Shown here: piece by piece, positions 1 to 12,349 of the stretch
How positions within the stretch are numbered: the stretch's first letter is position 1
Layout: every line of letters begins with the position of its first letter
Assembly: GCA_963575745.1 (NCBI GenBank)
Contig: CAUYUJ010000314.1
Span: forward strand, 248,001 to 312,000
Source: Prorocentrum cordatum
Lineage: Eukaryota
Direction of reading: 5' to 3'
DNA length: 64,000 nt
Position numbers and translations under genes: made by a program
Notes under the pieces: model-generated
Databases searched by the model: none
Told to the model about the DNA's origin: nothing
What the model saw: only the letters and a program-made list of their open reading frames with translations

Positions 1-500
1 TGATGATTATGATGATTGTGTCGATGATGCTGATGATGCTGATGATGATGATGCTGCTGCTGATGATGATGATGCTGATAATGACGGTGGTCGTGATGAT
101 GACTATGATGACCATGACGATGACGACGATGATAATTCTGATGATGAGGATGAGGATGCTGATGGTGATGATATAAACAGGAGCATGAGGAGACGGATTG
201 TGAGGACAGGAGGGGTGAGGGAGGAAGGAAGGATAAGGAATGAAGGAAGGAAGGAGGAAGCAAGGAAAGTGTTTTGTGTTGATGAAGACGAGCGGAGGAG
301 GCAATCTGGAGGACTATGCGAAGGACGAGGAGGAGGGAGCAAGGAGGGAGGAAACGAGAAGGGATGATGACGACGAGAAGGCGAAGGATGAGGAGGAGAT
401 GTGGCGATACAATCCCGGGATGAGGAGGAACGAGGAGGAGGAGGAGAAGGACTAGGAGGAGGAACGAGGAGGAGGAAAGAGGAGGAGGAGGAGGACCAGT
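1..500. repeat. (GAT)n/(GAG)n low-complexity tract
   Basis: Degenerate GAT/GAG/GGA triplet runs; the overlapping ORFs are poly-S/E artefacts. Confidence 0.9.
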
Positions 501-804
501 ATAAATCCAAGAGTCATCAACGATGTTGGAATAAACCCTCCCTCCAAGCTCCCCCTCCATAGGCCCCTACAAAGGTTCATTTCCGCTGAAGGCCCTGAAG
601 CATGCCAAATATTGTTCTGGGGACTCCAACGCCACGGATCAATCTGACTGTTGCGTCTTGACGATCTTGAATCGCGTCAGAACGCCATTCCTCGGACTAC
701 AACACCGCGAACCAACGTAACTGTTGCACCCTCAAATCCAGAATCCTTCCAAAACACCTTTTCTTTCACGTTGATGATGGGAAGCCGTTGCAAATTTTAA
801 AACG

Positions 805-1105
805 ATTGCGCGCGACGCTAAGGCGAGAGCCACAGTTTGAAAAGGAACCGCTTTCAATCCGTGAAGCTCTGACACATTTTTAGAAAGAATGCGCGCGGAG
901 CTGAACCGAGATCCATATTTTGAAAACCACCCGCCCTCATTCCGAAAACGAAGGTACGTGGCGCTGAAGCGAGAGCCACATTGTCAAAACCACCCGCCAT
1001 GAGTCTATGAAGATCTTGCACATGTTCAAAACGAATGTGCGCGACGCTAAGGCGAGAGCCACATTTTGTAAACGGCCCGCCCTTCATCTGTGAAACTGTT
1101 GTCAA
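805..1105 (+). repeat. Degenerate ~75-80 bp tandem repeat (about 4 units)
   Basis: Motif GCG(A)CGCT(A/G)AGGCGAGAGCCACA-TT-GAAAACC-CCCGCC recurs near 811, 893, 960 and 1040. Confidence 0.6.
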
Positions 1106-1209
1106 TGCTTAAGCTTCAGGGTCGTAAATAGTGAGGGAGTCTCAGGCGAATCGCCCGGCCCGCCCTAAAACTGGCCTCGCGGTGCGGCAGGAAGAAGCTA
1201 TTTTTACGG

Positions 1210-1745
1210 AAGAGGAATGGAGGAAGAACGAGGAGGAGGAGGAGGAGGAGGAGGAACGAGGAGGAAAAGCGCGGAGGGAGGAGAAGGAGAGGAGGGAAAA
1301 GGGATGAGAGAGGATGAATAAGAGGAGAGGCAGAAGAAGTTTGAGCAGGAGGAGGAAGATAAGGAGGAGGAGGAGGATAAAGAGGAGCGGGGGAAGCAGA
1401 AAGGATAATAGCAGGAGTATGTAGGAGGAGGGAGTTGAGTAGAGCGAGCATCGAGGATTGAGGGGTGAGGGAGGATGGATCACGGAGGATGAAAGGGGCA
1501 GGAAAGATCAGGGAGGGAGGAGGCAGAGGACCGACCATTAGGAGGAGGAGGAGGCGGAGTACAAGGACGATGAGGATGAGCAGGAGGAGGATAAATAGTA
1601 ATAACGATCATAATGATGTCAAGACTGCTAACACTAATAATACTAACAGTAATACTAACAATAATGGTAACAGTGCTAAGAATAATAGTCATGAGAACAA
1701 GAATGAGAAGAGGAGGAAACGAAGAGGAGGAGGACGACGACGACG
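1210..1745. repeat. (GAG)n/(AAT)n low-complexity tract
   Basis: Purine-rich triplet runs. Confidence 0.85.
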
Positions 1746-1785
1746 GCGATCGTGGGGGGGGCCTCTCCGGCGGTGCCCGCCGGAG

Positions 1786-1839
1786 GAGCCTGCCTACGTA
1801 AAGTTCAGCCGGCCAGACGCGGCCCAGGCCGCTCTCCAG
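1786..1839 (+). CDS. Candidate 54-nt host exon, RRM-like fragment (EPAYVKFSRPDAAQAALQ)
   Basis: AG|G acceptor and CAG|GA donor (GA donors occur in dinoflagellates), phase 0, 18 codons. AYVKF followed by helix DAAQAAL resembles RRM RNP1/alpha2. Confidence 0.45.
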
Positions 1840-2039
1840 GACGGGGGGGGGGAAGCAGGAGGCCCCGCCCCCATCACGGTGTCCAACGCTCTCGTTTGTT
1901 TCCGCCTCCTCCCGCTCTCTCTGTCGTGCTTCCGCTCTCCCTCATCCCACCTGGTATGCTCCAATACTCGCGAAGTGCCTATTCGCAAATGTTCGAAAAA
2001 CAGTTGTTCGCCTCGACGTAGCACATATATACATAAATA

Positions 2040-2168
2040 CCTATACGACCACCCTGCGGGTGATAAGGAGGTTGGGGGGGGTGGAGGGGCCGAGCAATCG
2101 GCAACAATGGTGATTGTTCTCCTGACGATGCCAGTGGAGATTTTTTTAACATCACCATCATCACCATC

Positions 2169-2215
<47 letters not shown>

Positions 2216-2566
2216 AATCATCATCATCAACATCATCATCGGGACACCGACGGGACACCGACGGGACACCACCGGGACACCGGCGGGACACCGCGCGGCC
2301 CCGCGCCCCGGTGGAGAATCATTTGGTGCGGCCGCGCCTCAGCCACAGAGGACACCACCGGGACACCGGCGGGACACCGCGCGGCCCCGCGCCCCGGTGG
2401 AGAATCATTTGGTCCGGCCGCGCCTCAGCCACAGGAGACTTTCCTCTCGCCCGCCCACGCAGCTTCGCCTCGCCCGCACGCACGGCACGCACGAACACGA
2501 AACCGAAATCGATTTCCCGGTAGGGGGGCTCTCCGTTCCACTTCGATCTCACCCCCCAACCTCCGA
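2040..2566 (-). mobile_element. Non-autonomous Helitron2/HINE-like element, family C, copy 1
   Basis: Both ends are shared with 21752-23364. The minus strand starts A|TCGGAGGTTGGGGGG and ends CCCCCCAACCTCC plus hairpin CACCC-GCA-GGGTG. Internal (CAT)n and GGGACACC repeats. Confidence 0.65.
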
Positions 2567-2644
2567 TATACAAATATTTCCAATACTCGCAAAGTGGCGA
2601 TTCGCAAATGTTCGAAAAGTAGTTGTTCGTCTCGACGGAGCACG

Positions 2645-2943
2645 TATATATACTCATACATATATGTATACACATATCCATACATTTGTGTATACATACA
2701 TACATACATACATTCATGCATAAACATATACATGCGCATGTCCATATACAAATACATATACATGTTCGTATAAGTTACATATACAATTACATGTACATGC
2801 ATGTTTATACACATTCGTATACATACACATATTTAATTGTGCACGTATATACACTTACGTACTTGTATACGTATAGATTATGCATATATATTACATGTTT
2901 ATATAGTTGTAGGTATACATATATGTATATATGCATGCATGCA

Positions 2944-2989
<46 letters not shown>

Positions 2990-2990
2990 C
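2645..2990. repeat. (TA)/(TACA)/(TG) low-complexity tract
   Basis: Direct inspection. Confidence 0.9.
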
Positions 2991-3007
2991 TCCTGTTCAC
3001 ATATTAT

Positions 3008-3730
3008 GGGGCCAGGGACCCTGGAAAAAACGCCCCCCCGCTAACGCCCGGGCCTCTGGAAAAAACGCCCCCCCCCCCTCCCCTTTAACAAATTTGACCC
3101 ACCCTGGGCCGCTCGGGAGCACCCCACGAGAGCCCGAAGACGGCCCCAGAGGGCTCCTGGCGCTCTGGCGCACCCCCGAAACGACCCCAATGACCAAACG
3201 GAGCCGTCATACCCCCAAAGATCGCTACAAATCCTCCCAAGAGGCCTCCAAGAGCACTCCCAAGAAAGCCCCAAGAGGGAGAATTCGCTGATTTTCCATA
3301 GTTTTTTGGTGCATTTCAGGGTTCTCCCCTTTTCGGCTTCCCGAGGCTCCAAGACGGCCCGCGAGGCCTCCCAGATCGCCTGAAGACGGCGCGACAGACT
3401 TCACGACGGCCCCGAGCCAGCCCAGGAAAGCCTCCAGACATTCCCGAGACAGCCCCACGAGACCCCAGGAGGCTCCCACGAGGCCCCGAAGAGGCCCCAA
3501 GAGGATCCGCAGAGGCCCCCAGGAAAGCCGGCCCAAGAGGCCTCCAGACATTCCCTAGAGAGCCCCACGAGGCCCCAGGAGGCTCCCAAGAGGTCCCGAA
3601 GAGGCCCCGAGAGGATTCCCAGAGGCCCACCAAAAGCCAACCCAAATCTCCCCCCACCCTGACATTTCACCCACCCTGGGCCTCTCGGGAGCACCCCACG
3701 AGAGCCCGAAGACAACCCCAGAGGGCTTCA
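3008..3730 (+). repeat. Dispersed GAGGCCCC-rich repeat with ~65-bp direct repeats (3093, 3666)
   Basis: TTT(G/C)ACCCACCCTGGGCC(G/T)CTCGGGAGCACCCCACGAGAGCCCGAAGAC occurs twice. Related sequence lies in reverse at 14.8-15.5 kb and 30.6-30.9 kb. Confidence 0.65.
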
Positions 3731-4373
3731 GACGGCATGGGCTTCGCGTCTTTGCCTAAAGGCCTGCGTAATGGCGTGTAAGCAGCCGCGTAAGGTTAGA
3801 CCATGCGGCCTTCCCCTTCGCTGGGCTCCGTGTCCGTAGCCGTTTGTGCCCGAATGCTGGGTCATCTTTTTGGGCCGCAGCGGTGGCTGCCAGTCGCCCG
3901 ATCACGTGGCTGGATGAGCCCGGCCTCGCGCGGGCAGCTCGCTGCACGAACTGAATATTTGGCTTGCATTCGCTGTGGACTGAACCCGAAGTTGCTGCTG
4001 ACATCGGCATCAGACGTGCTCACATTGGTCCTATGCATAGAGAAGCTCTGGGCGAAGCGCGGTCGTGGTAGATGGTTGGCGGGGACGCTGCTGTTGATGA
4101 CAAAGGCTTCGCCCGAGCAGCGCAACAAGAGGTGCAAGACCTGACGCTCGAGATGTTCAAGAATAGCCGCTTGTGGTGCCACTCTTCGCTGCTGCGCCTG
4201 CATGCCCGCTGGAAATCTCTCTCCGGCACGCGCGGCAAACAATGCGCCAAGAAGACGTAGCGTTTGATCGCGGCGTTTATCGGCACCGCGTGGTTGGATT
4301 CGTCGCTTGCGTCGCCCAATTGGTTCCCGACGTTCAGAGCGGCACGCGAGGCCATATATGACGCGCTGGACAA

Positions 4374-4843
4374 TCCGCATGCGCATACTTTTCCCCAATC
4401 AGAGCTTGCCTCTGTAGAGGTCCTAGCGGATTCATATGGTTAGGTGAGGTGTGCCGCCGATTTCGGCGGCGGGCCTGGGTGCCCGGGTGCCCGGGTGCCC
4501 GGGGGTGCCCGGGTGCCCAGGTGCCTGGGTGCCCTGGGGTGCCCGGAGGTGGCCGGGGGTGCCGGGAGGTGCGGGGGGGTGCACGGGTGCCTGGGTCTTC
4601 TATCGCCTTATAGCCTTATAACTGGTAGCCCTAATAACCCTGTAGCCCACTAGCCCTATAGTCATGTAGCTCTATATCCTTTTAGCTGTGAGGCCCCTAA
4701 GCCCTATAACCCTGTAGCCTTATAGCCCTATATCCCTATGGCCCTGTAGCCCTATAGCTCTCTAGCCCTATAGTCCCGTAGACTTACAGCCCTATAACCC
4801 TATAGCTCTATAGCCCCATTGCCCTATAGCCCTAAAGAGATTA
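4374..4843 (+). mobile_element. Family F element (CCCCAATC end, (GGGTGCCC)n, (GCCCTATA)n), truncated copy
   Basis: About 110 bp of unique end is shared with 21540-21670 and is followed by the same two microsatellites. Confidence 0.6.
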
Positions 4844-4863
4844 CGTTTTTTTCTTGTTTCCCC

Positions 4864-5198
4864 CCCAACCCTCCTTGGTTGGGTTTTCGTTTTGAATAGA
4901 GCAGTGTGGTCGCGTCCCTTCTCCCGCCCTTCCTCCTTTTCCTCTCCCGCCTCTTTCTGTCTTGCCCGCGGGGGGCTGCGATCTGTGAAACTGTCGCAAT
5001 TTTCGAGGCCTGCTGGGGGGCCCAGCACAGTGAGGGCCACGGGCGGATCCAAATTAGACCTCGCCATCCCTGGGGGGCTGCGATCTGTGAAACTGTCGTC
5101 ATTTTCGAGCCCTGCTGGGGGGCCAGCACAGTGAGGGCCACGCGCGGATTCAAATTAGACCTCGCCATCCCTGGGGGGGTGCGATCTGTGAAACTGTC
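4864..5198 (+). mobile_element. Family A element, 5' fragment (102-bp tandem repeat carrier)
   Basis: T-run, CCCAACCCTCCTTGGTTGGG hairpin, CGTTTTGAATAGAG, CT-rich tract, then about 2 satellite units. Same start as 10446. Confidence 0.75.
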
Positions 5199-6671
5199 GA
5201 CGTACCCAACCCCTGCGCAAAAGCGGGGCGCAAATAGTTTAGGATACTTTATAAGGGGGCGATGACGGAGCGAGGGTTACATATGTCTGCAGACGGAATT
5301 CGGGAGACTCGCAGGACACTGGCTACAGGAAAAGGGCTTGATAAAGCTGATGATTTACAATTCCTGAGCACTCCTAGCCACTTCGAAAACGGGGATCACA
5401 GCAGGCCTCGAAAGTGGCGACAGGTTCACAGATCGCAGCCCCGCAGGGATGGCGAGGTCTCATTTGAATCTGCCTGTGGCCCTCACTGTGCTGGGCCCCC
5501 CAGCAGGCCTCGAAAATGGCGGCAGTTTCGCAGATCGCAGCCCCCCAGGGTTGGCGAGGTCTAATTTGAATCCGCGCGTGGCCCTCACTGTGCTGGGCTC
5601 CCCAGCAGGCCTCGAAAATGGCGACAGTTTCGCAGATCGCAGCCCCCCAGGGATGGCGAGGTATAATTTGAATCTGCGCATGGCCCTCACTGTGCTGGGC
5701 CCCCCAGCAGGCCTCGAAAATGGCGACAGTTTCGCAGATCGCAGCCCCCCAGGGATGGCGAGGTTTAATTTGAACTGCGCGTGGCCCTCACTGTGCTGGG
5801 CCCCCCAGCAGGCCTCGAAAATGGCGACAGTTTCGCAGATCGCAGCCCCCCAGGGATGGCGAGGTCTAATTTGAATCCGCGCGTGGCCCTCACTGTGCTG
5901 GGCCCCCCAGCAGGCCTCGAAAATGGCGACAGTTTCGCAGATCGCAGCCCCCCAGGGATGGCGAGGTCTAATTTGAATCCGCGCGTGGCCCTCACTGTGC
6001 TGGGCCCCCAGCAGGCAGGCCTCGAAAATGGCGACAGTTTCGCAGATCGCAGCCCCCCAGGGATGGCGAGGTCTAATTTGAATCCGCGCGTGGCCCTCAC
6101 TGTGCTGGGCCCCCCAGCAGGCCTCGAAAATGGCGACAGTTTCGCAGATCGCAGCCCCCCAGGGATGGCGAGGTCTAATTTGAATCCGCGCGTGGCCCTC
6201 ACTGTGCTGGGCCCCCCAGCAGGCCTCGAAAATGGCGACAGTTTCGCAGATCGCAGCCCCCCAGGGATGGCGAGGTCTAATTTGAATCCGCGCGTGGCCC
6301 TCACTGTGCTGGGCCCCCCAGCAGGCTTCGAAAATGGCGACAGTTTCGCAGATCGCAGCCCCCCAGGGATGGCGAGGTCTAATTTGAATCCGCGCGTGGC
6401 CCTCACTGTGCTGGGCCCCCCAGCAGGCCTCGAAAATGGCGACAGTTTCGCAGATCGCAGCCCCCCAGGGATGGCGAGGTCTAATTTGGCGACTGTGCCC
6501 TCAGCTCGTGCTCTGGCCCCGCCACTGTGCTGGTCCCCCCAGCAGGCCTCGAAAATTGCGACAGTTTCACAGATCGCAGCCCCCCGCGGGCAAGACAGGA
6601 AGAGGCGGGAGGAGAAGGGACGCGACCACACTGCTCTATTCAAAACGAATACCCAACCAAGGAGGGTTGGG
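5197..6671 (-). mobile_element. Family A element, inverted copy with ~11.5 x 102-bp tandem repeat
   Basis: Reverse complement of 10446-12348, including the ~150-bp unique 3' block (5200-5350 matches 12185-12337). Unit period is 102 bp (5553 to 5655). Confidence 0.85.
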
Positions 6672-7849
6672 AAAAAAGGTTTCAGTATCGTTTCATTCAA
6701 GTCTACCTGTGAACGCGCAGCTGAACTCCGCCACGTGTCACGAGTATCGCGCACATGGTCCGCAGCGCGTGCGTGGTGCGCCGCGATGTCACCATGCTCT
6801 TGCCGATATCGATCACGCCAAAGGATTGGGCGCACGTGCGTGGCGTTAACGACGCCACGACGCGGGCGCGTTTCGATCGCACCAGCGTGCGCACCCTGGA
6901 GGATGCCACGGCGATGCTGGAGACGGTAGTCGAATGCGTAGCGGCGGCGGCGGCTGGCTCCTTTACAGTGCGGCAGCCAAGTTTCGCGCCATGCTGCTGG
7001 CAGAACTTGCGTGTCCGTTTGTGCGAGCGCGTGGGCCTCGAGAAGGCATGTGCGTGCACCATGCCAACTATTATTTCAGGCGCATCCCAGTTGATTCTGG
7101 CCCAGTTTCCATCATGCGCAGGGAAGTCTTTCGCAGAGTGTCGCGTGTGGAGTCCGTGAAGATTGGCGAAAACACAGGGAAGGCGTCCGCTGTCATGGCG
7201 GCGTGGATGGCCACAGAGCCAGCTGAGTTGAGACGTAGGAGCATGTGGGCCATGCGGCGCCGGGGCGCCGGGGTCTTCGGCAAAACGTTACCCGTCCCGA
7301 GGAACTATTGCGGCCGGTGTGGAGAGCGTCTCACTCAGAAGGAGTTCGGGCCGCAGCGGGGCGGCCCGCCTCGGGCCGTTCACGCTTCGTGCGTTCGCCG
7401 CGGTTGATTGCACCCGCGGCTGGGGCGCAGTTGACAGCATTTTGCGGATTTTCATCGCCACGTGAGTCCGTTTTGCGCGCAGCACGCGTCTCGCCAACGT
7501 GTATGCGTGGCACGAGGGAGCGGGGGAAAGCGCCATGGCGAGAGCAGGGGCGACTACGACACTGGGAGCGCACGATGCAATGATCATTGTACTATTGTCA
7601 ACGTCCTGGGTTTTTCCAATGCCAAAGTTCTTCCATCGTTCGGGAGTGCCTCCCCGCGCGCGCAGGCGCGTGGGCGCGAATGTACATGTGTATACCTACA
7701 CGCGTATGTGCGCGCGTAGACAAATGCAGGTAGACTCGGTGCACATGTGCGCACGCCCACAGTTCGACGTGTGTGTATATATTTATGGTGAGGCCTACCA
7801 CCAAGATCTGGGATGTGTTTATTTGTTGTTTTTTCTTGAGTCTGTTTTT

Positions 7850-9454
7850 CCCAACCATCCTGTGGTGTTGGGTCCCCGTTTTGAAGAGACGGTGCCCCGC
7901 GTCCTCCTCTCCTCTCCTCTCCTCTCCTCTCCTCTCCTCTCCTCCTCCTCCCCCCTCCTCCCTCCTCCCGTCATCATCATCATCATCGTCATCATCATCA
8001 CCATCATCGTCGTCGTCGTCATCGTCATCATCGTCGTCGTCATCATCGTCATCATCGTCATCATCACCATCATCGCCGTCATCATCGCCGTTGTCGCCAC
8101 CATCATCATCATTGTCATCCTCCTCCTCCTCCTCCTCCTCCTCATCATCATCATCATCATAATCATCATAATCATCATCATCCTCCGCATCATCACCATC
8201 ACCATTACCATCATCATCATCATCATCATCATCGTCATCATCATCATTATCATCAGCATGCGTCCCCTGCACCCATGTCGGCACACCCCTCACACGTTTC
8301 GTGGCCCCAAATGGAGCTCCACCGCAGGCCCCGGTGGCTGCGCTCGCATGCGGTTCCACCCCCCTTTTCGGCACACCCCTCACACGTTTCGTGGCCCCAC
8401 AGGGAGCTCCACCGAACGCCCCAGTGGCTGCGCTCGCATGCGGTTCGACCCCCCATTTCGGCACACCCCTCACACGTTTCGTGGCCCCATAGGGAGCTCC
8501 ACCGAAGGCCCCAGTGGCTGCGCTCGCATGCGGTTCCACCCCCCATTCTCGCACACCCCTCACACGTTTCGTGGCCCCATAGGGAGCTCCACCGAACGCC
8601 CAGTGGCTGCGTTCGCATGCGGTTCCCCCCCACCCATTTCGGCACACCCCTCACACGCTTTCGTGGCCCCATAGAGAGCTCCACCGAAGGCCCCACGTCT
8701 GCGCTCGCATGCGGTTCGACCCCTGGCACACCCCTCACACGTTTCGTGGCCCACAGGGAGCTCCACCGAACGCCCCAGTGGCTGCGCTCGCATGCACCCC
8801 CCACGGCACACCCCTCACACGTTTCGTGGCCCCATAGGGAGCTCCACCGAAGGCCCCAGTGGCTGCGCTCGCATGCGGTTCCACCCCCCATTCTCGGCAC
8901 ACCCCTCACACGTTTCGTGGCCCCATAGGGAGCTCCACCGAACGCCCCAGTGGCTGCGCTCGCATGCGGTTCCACCCCCCCATTTCGGCACACCCCTCAC
9001 ACGTTTCGTGGAGCTCCACCGAACGCCCCAGTGGCTGCGCTCGCATGCGGTTCGACCCCCCATTTCGGCACACCCCTCACACGTTTCGTGGCTCCATAGG
9101 GAGCTCCACCGAACGCCCCAGTGTCTGCGCTCGCATGCGGTTCCCCCCCCAATTCTGGCACACCCCTCACACGTTTCGTGGCCCCATAGGGAGCTCCACC
9201 GGAGGCCCCAGTGGCTGCGCTCGCATGCGGTTCCACCCCTCGTTCTGGCACACCCCTCACACGCTTCGTGGCCCCATAGGGAGCTCCACCGAACGCCCCA
9301 GTGGCTGCGCTCGCATGCGGTTCCACCCCCAATTTCGGCACACCCCTCACACGTTTCGTGGCCCCAGAGGGAACTCCACCGAGGAATATATCCACAATTG
9401 CGGTATTCACAACTACGTATGGTTGGGTCTTTCGTCCGGCTAATTCGTTACGCC
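7850..9454 (+). mobile_element. Family B element with ~12-13 x 90-bp tandem repeat
   Basis: T-run|CCCAACCAT ... ATGGTTGGG, then hairpin GGCTAA-TTCG-TTA(C)GCC and a T-run. (CCT)n/(CAT)n precede a satellite of period 90 (8281, 8371, 8461, 8551). Confidence 0.8.
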
Positions 9455-9469
9455 TTTTTTTTTCAAATT

Positions 9470-10440
9470 GCTTTAGAACGCCGCTACAACGATTGTCATT
9501 TCGTAGGCGCCACAACAGGATTCCTTGTCTAACGGCGCCACAGAAGGAATCGTTTCATATGGCCGCCACACAATGGATCTTTTTGTGATGGCACCGCACA
9601 AGAGATCCTTGTGTAAGGCCGCCGCAAAAGGCCTCCTCTTGTAAGGCCGCCACGCAAGGAACATTTTTTGTGGGGCCGCCACAAAAGAAATCCTTTTGTA
9701 AGGCCGATCATTCCCCTTCGGGCGCCAGCAGCGGAACACCATGAAAACAAGGAAAACCAAGGGAAACAAGGACAACACAGCGAAAAACAAGGGACACCAG
9801 AAACTGATTATGAAAACACAACCAAAAACAATGAAAACCAAAAAGTAATGCACACACAAGAAAACATGTAAACATACATTGTTTTCTTGTGTGTGCATGC
9901 CTTTTTTTGTGATTTCACAGGTTTTCATTTGCTTTCATTGTTTTTTTGCTTTGCTTTTATAGTCTTTTTTTTATATTTTTCCTAATTGTTCGCTGTGTTA
10001 TCCTTGTTTTCATTATTTTTCATTGTTTTCCTGGTTTTCCGCTGCCGGCTTCCGAAAAAAAAAATGCGGCGACCTCGGCCTTACAGAACAGCTTTTTTTT
10101 TGTATATTTTTTTTGGCGGCCTTGCAAAAGGCAGAATCGATCCATTTGTAAGGCCGCTATTTTTCTCGGAAGCCAGCAGCGGGAAACCAGGAAAACAATG
10201 GACAACACAAGGAAAACAAGGAAACCATAGCGAGCAACAAGGAAAACACATAAGAAGACCATGCCAACACAACAAAAACAATGATACTCAAAGAAAACAT
10301 ATAAACACACATCAACAAATGCAAACACAAGAACACATTGTATTTTCACATGGCTTTTAGTGTATTCGTTGATTTTTGCTGTGTTTTCATATGTTTTCTT
10401 TGATTTTCTTTGTTGTTGGCTGTGTGTTTCAAATATTTTC
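9470..10440. repeat. Foldback repeat: ~29-bp GGCCGCCACAAAAG/CTTGTAAGG units plus A-rich/T-rich palindromes
   Basis: Palindrome centred near 9872 (GCACACACAAGAAAACATGTA-AACA-TACATTGTTTTCTTGTGTGTGC). A second A-rich arm starts at 10172. Confidence 0.7.
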
Positions 10441-10445
10441 TTTTT

Positions 10446-12348
10446 CCCCACCCTCCTTGGTTGGGTATTCGTTTTGAATAGAGCAGTGTGGTCTCCACTC
10501 CTTCCTTCCTCCTCCTCCCTCCCTCCCTGCCTCTTCCTGTCTTGCCTGCGGGGGGCTGCGATCTGTGAAACTGTCGCCATTTTCGAGGCCTGCTGGGGGG
10601 CCCAGCAAAGTGAGGGCGACGCGCAGATTCAAATTAGACCTCGCCATCCCTGGGGGGGTTGCGATCTGTGAAACTGCCGCCATTTTCGAGGCCTGCTGGG
10701 GGGCCCAGCACAGTGAGGGCGACGCGCAGATTCAAATTAGACCTCGCCATCCCTGGGGGGGCTGCGATCTGTGAAACTGTCGCCATTTCGAGGCCTGCTG
10801 GGGGGCTCAGCACAGTGAGGGCGACGCGCAGATTCAAATTAGACCTCGCCATCCCTGGGGGGCTGCGATCTGTGAAACTGTCGCCATTTTCGAGGCCTGC
10901 TGGGGGGCCCAGCACAGTGAGGGCGACGCGCAGATTCAAATTAGACCTCGCCATCCCTGGGGGGCTGCGATCTGTGAAACTGTCGTCATTTTCGAGGCCT
11001 GCTGGGGGGCCCAGCACAGTGAGGGCGACGCGCGGATTCAAATTAGACCTCGCCATCCCTGGGGGGCTGCGATCTGTGAAACTGTCGCCACTTTCGAGGC
11101 CTGCTGGGGGGCCCAGCACAGTGACGCCACGGGCGGACCCAAATTAGACCTCGCCATCCCTGGGGGGCTGCGATCTGTGAAACTGTCGCCACTTTCGAGG
11201 CCTGCTGGGGGGCCCAGCACAGTGACGCCACGGGCGGACCCAAATTAGACCTCGCCATCCCTGGGGGGCTGCGATCTGTGAAACTGTCGCCACTTTCGAG
11301 GCCTGCTGGGGGGCCCAGCACAGTGACGCCACGGGCGGATCAAATTAGACCTCGCCATCCCTGGGGGGGCTGCGATCTGTGAAACTGTCGCCACTTTCGA
11401 GGCCTGCTGGGGGGCCCAGCACAGTGACGCCACGGCGGACCCAAATTAGACCTCGCCATCCCTGGGGGGCTGCGATCTGTGAAACTGTCGCCACTTTCGA
11501 GGCCTGCTGGGGGGCCCAGCACAGTGACGCCACGGGCGGATTCAAATTAGACCTCGCCATCCCTGGGGGGCTGCGATCTGTGAAACTGTCGCCACTTTCG
11601 AGGCCTGCTGGGGGGCCCAGCACAGTGACGCCACGGGCGGACCCAAATTAGACCTCGCCATCCCTGGGGGGCTGCGATCTGTGAAACTGTCGCCACTTTC
11701 GAGGCCTGCTGGGGGGGCCCAGCACAGTGACAGCTCGCCATCCCTGGGGGGCTGCGATCTGTGAAACTGTCGCCACTTTCGAGGCCTGCTGAGGGGCCCA
11801 GCACAGTGACGCCACGCGCGGACCCAAATTAGACCTCGCCATCCCTGGGGGGCTGCGATATGTGAAACTGTAGCCACTTTCGAGGTCTGCTGGGGGGCCC
11901 AGCACAGTGACGCCACACGCAAATTCAAATTAGACCTCGTAAAAGATGCAAGCGCTGAGCACATCATTTGCAGGGGGCGAAGCGGAAAGAAACAGCTTGC
12001 TCTCCACGGGACGCCCCTCATGCCTCGTGAGTTGCTGTCAGGCCCTGGATCACATCATCCTCGAACCGTTATTGTTTCTGGGACCTCGCCGCAGACTCAA
12101 GCTAGACCTCGCCATCTCTAGCGGGCTGCGATATGAGATCCCCGCTTTCGAAGCGGCTAGGGGTGCTCAGGGGTTGTAACTAATCAGCTTTATCTAGTCC
12201 TTGTCCTGTAGCCAGTGTCCTGCGAGTCTCCCGAATCCCGTCTGCAGACATATGTAACCCTCGCTCCGTCATCGCCCCCTTTATAAAGGGCCCTCAACTA
12301 TTTGCGCCCCGCGTTTGCGCAGGGGTTGGGTACGTCGCCAGGGTAATG
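10446..12348 (+). mobile_element. Family A element, complete copy with ~13.5 x 101-102-bp tandem repeat
   Basis: T-run|CCCCACCCTCCTTGGTTGGG, satellite 10550-11940, then GGGGTTGGG-TACGTCG. Inserted in a T-rich arm of the foldback repeat. Confidence 0.85.
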
Positions 12349-12349
12349 T

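Noticed and set aside
3740..4372. Possible decayed coding fragment (EMFKNSRLW..RLHARW..AAREAIYDAL)
   Set aside because: Protein-like, but no recognisable motif and interrupted by stops.
6680..7560. Possible decayed coding fragment with CxxC
   Set aside because: Frames are fragmented and no family could be assigned by eye.
5400..11940. Long ORFs through the 102-bp and 90-bp repeats
   Set aside because: Unit lengths are multiples of 3 and open on both strands, with frequent frame-breaking indels; they are satellite artefacts.
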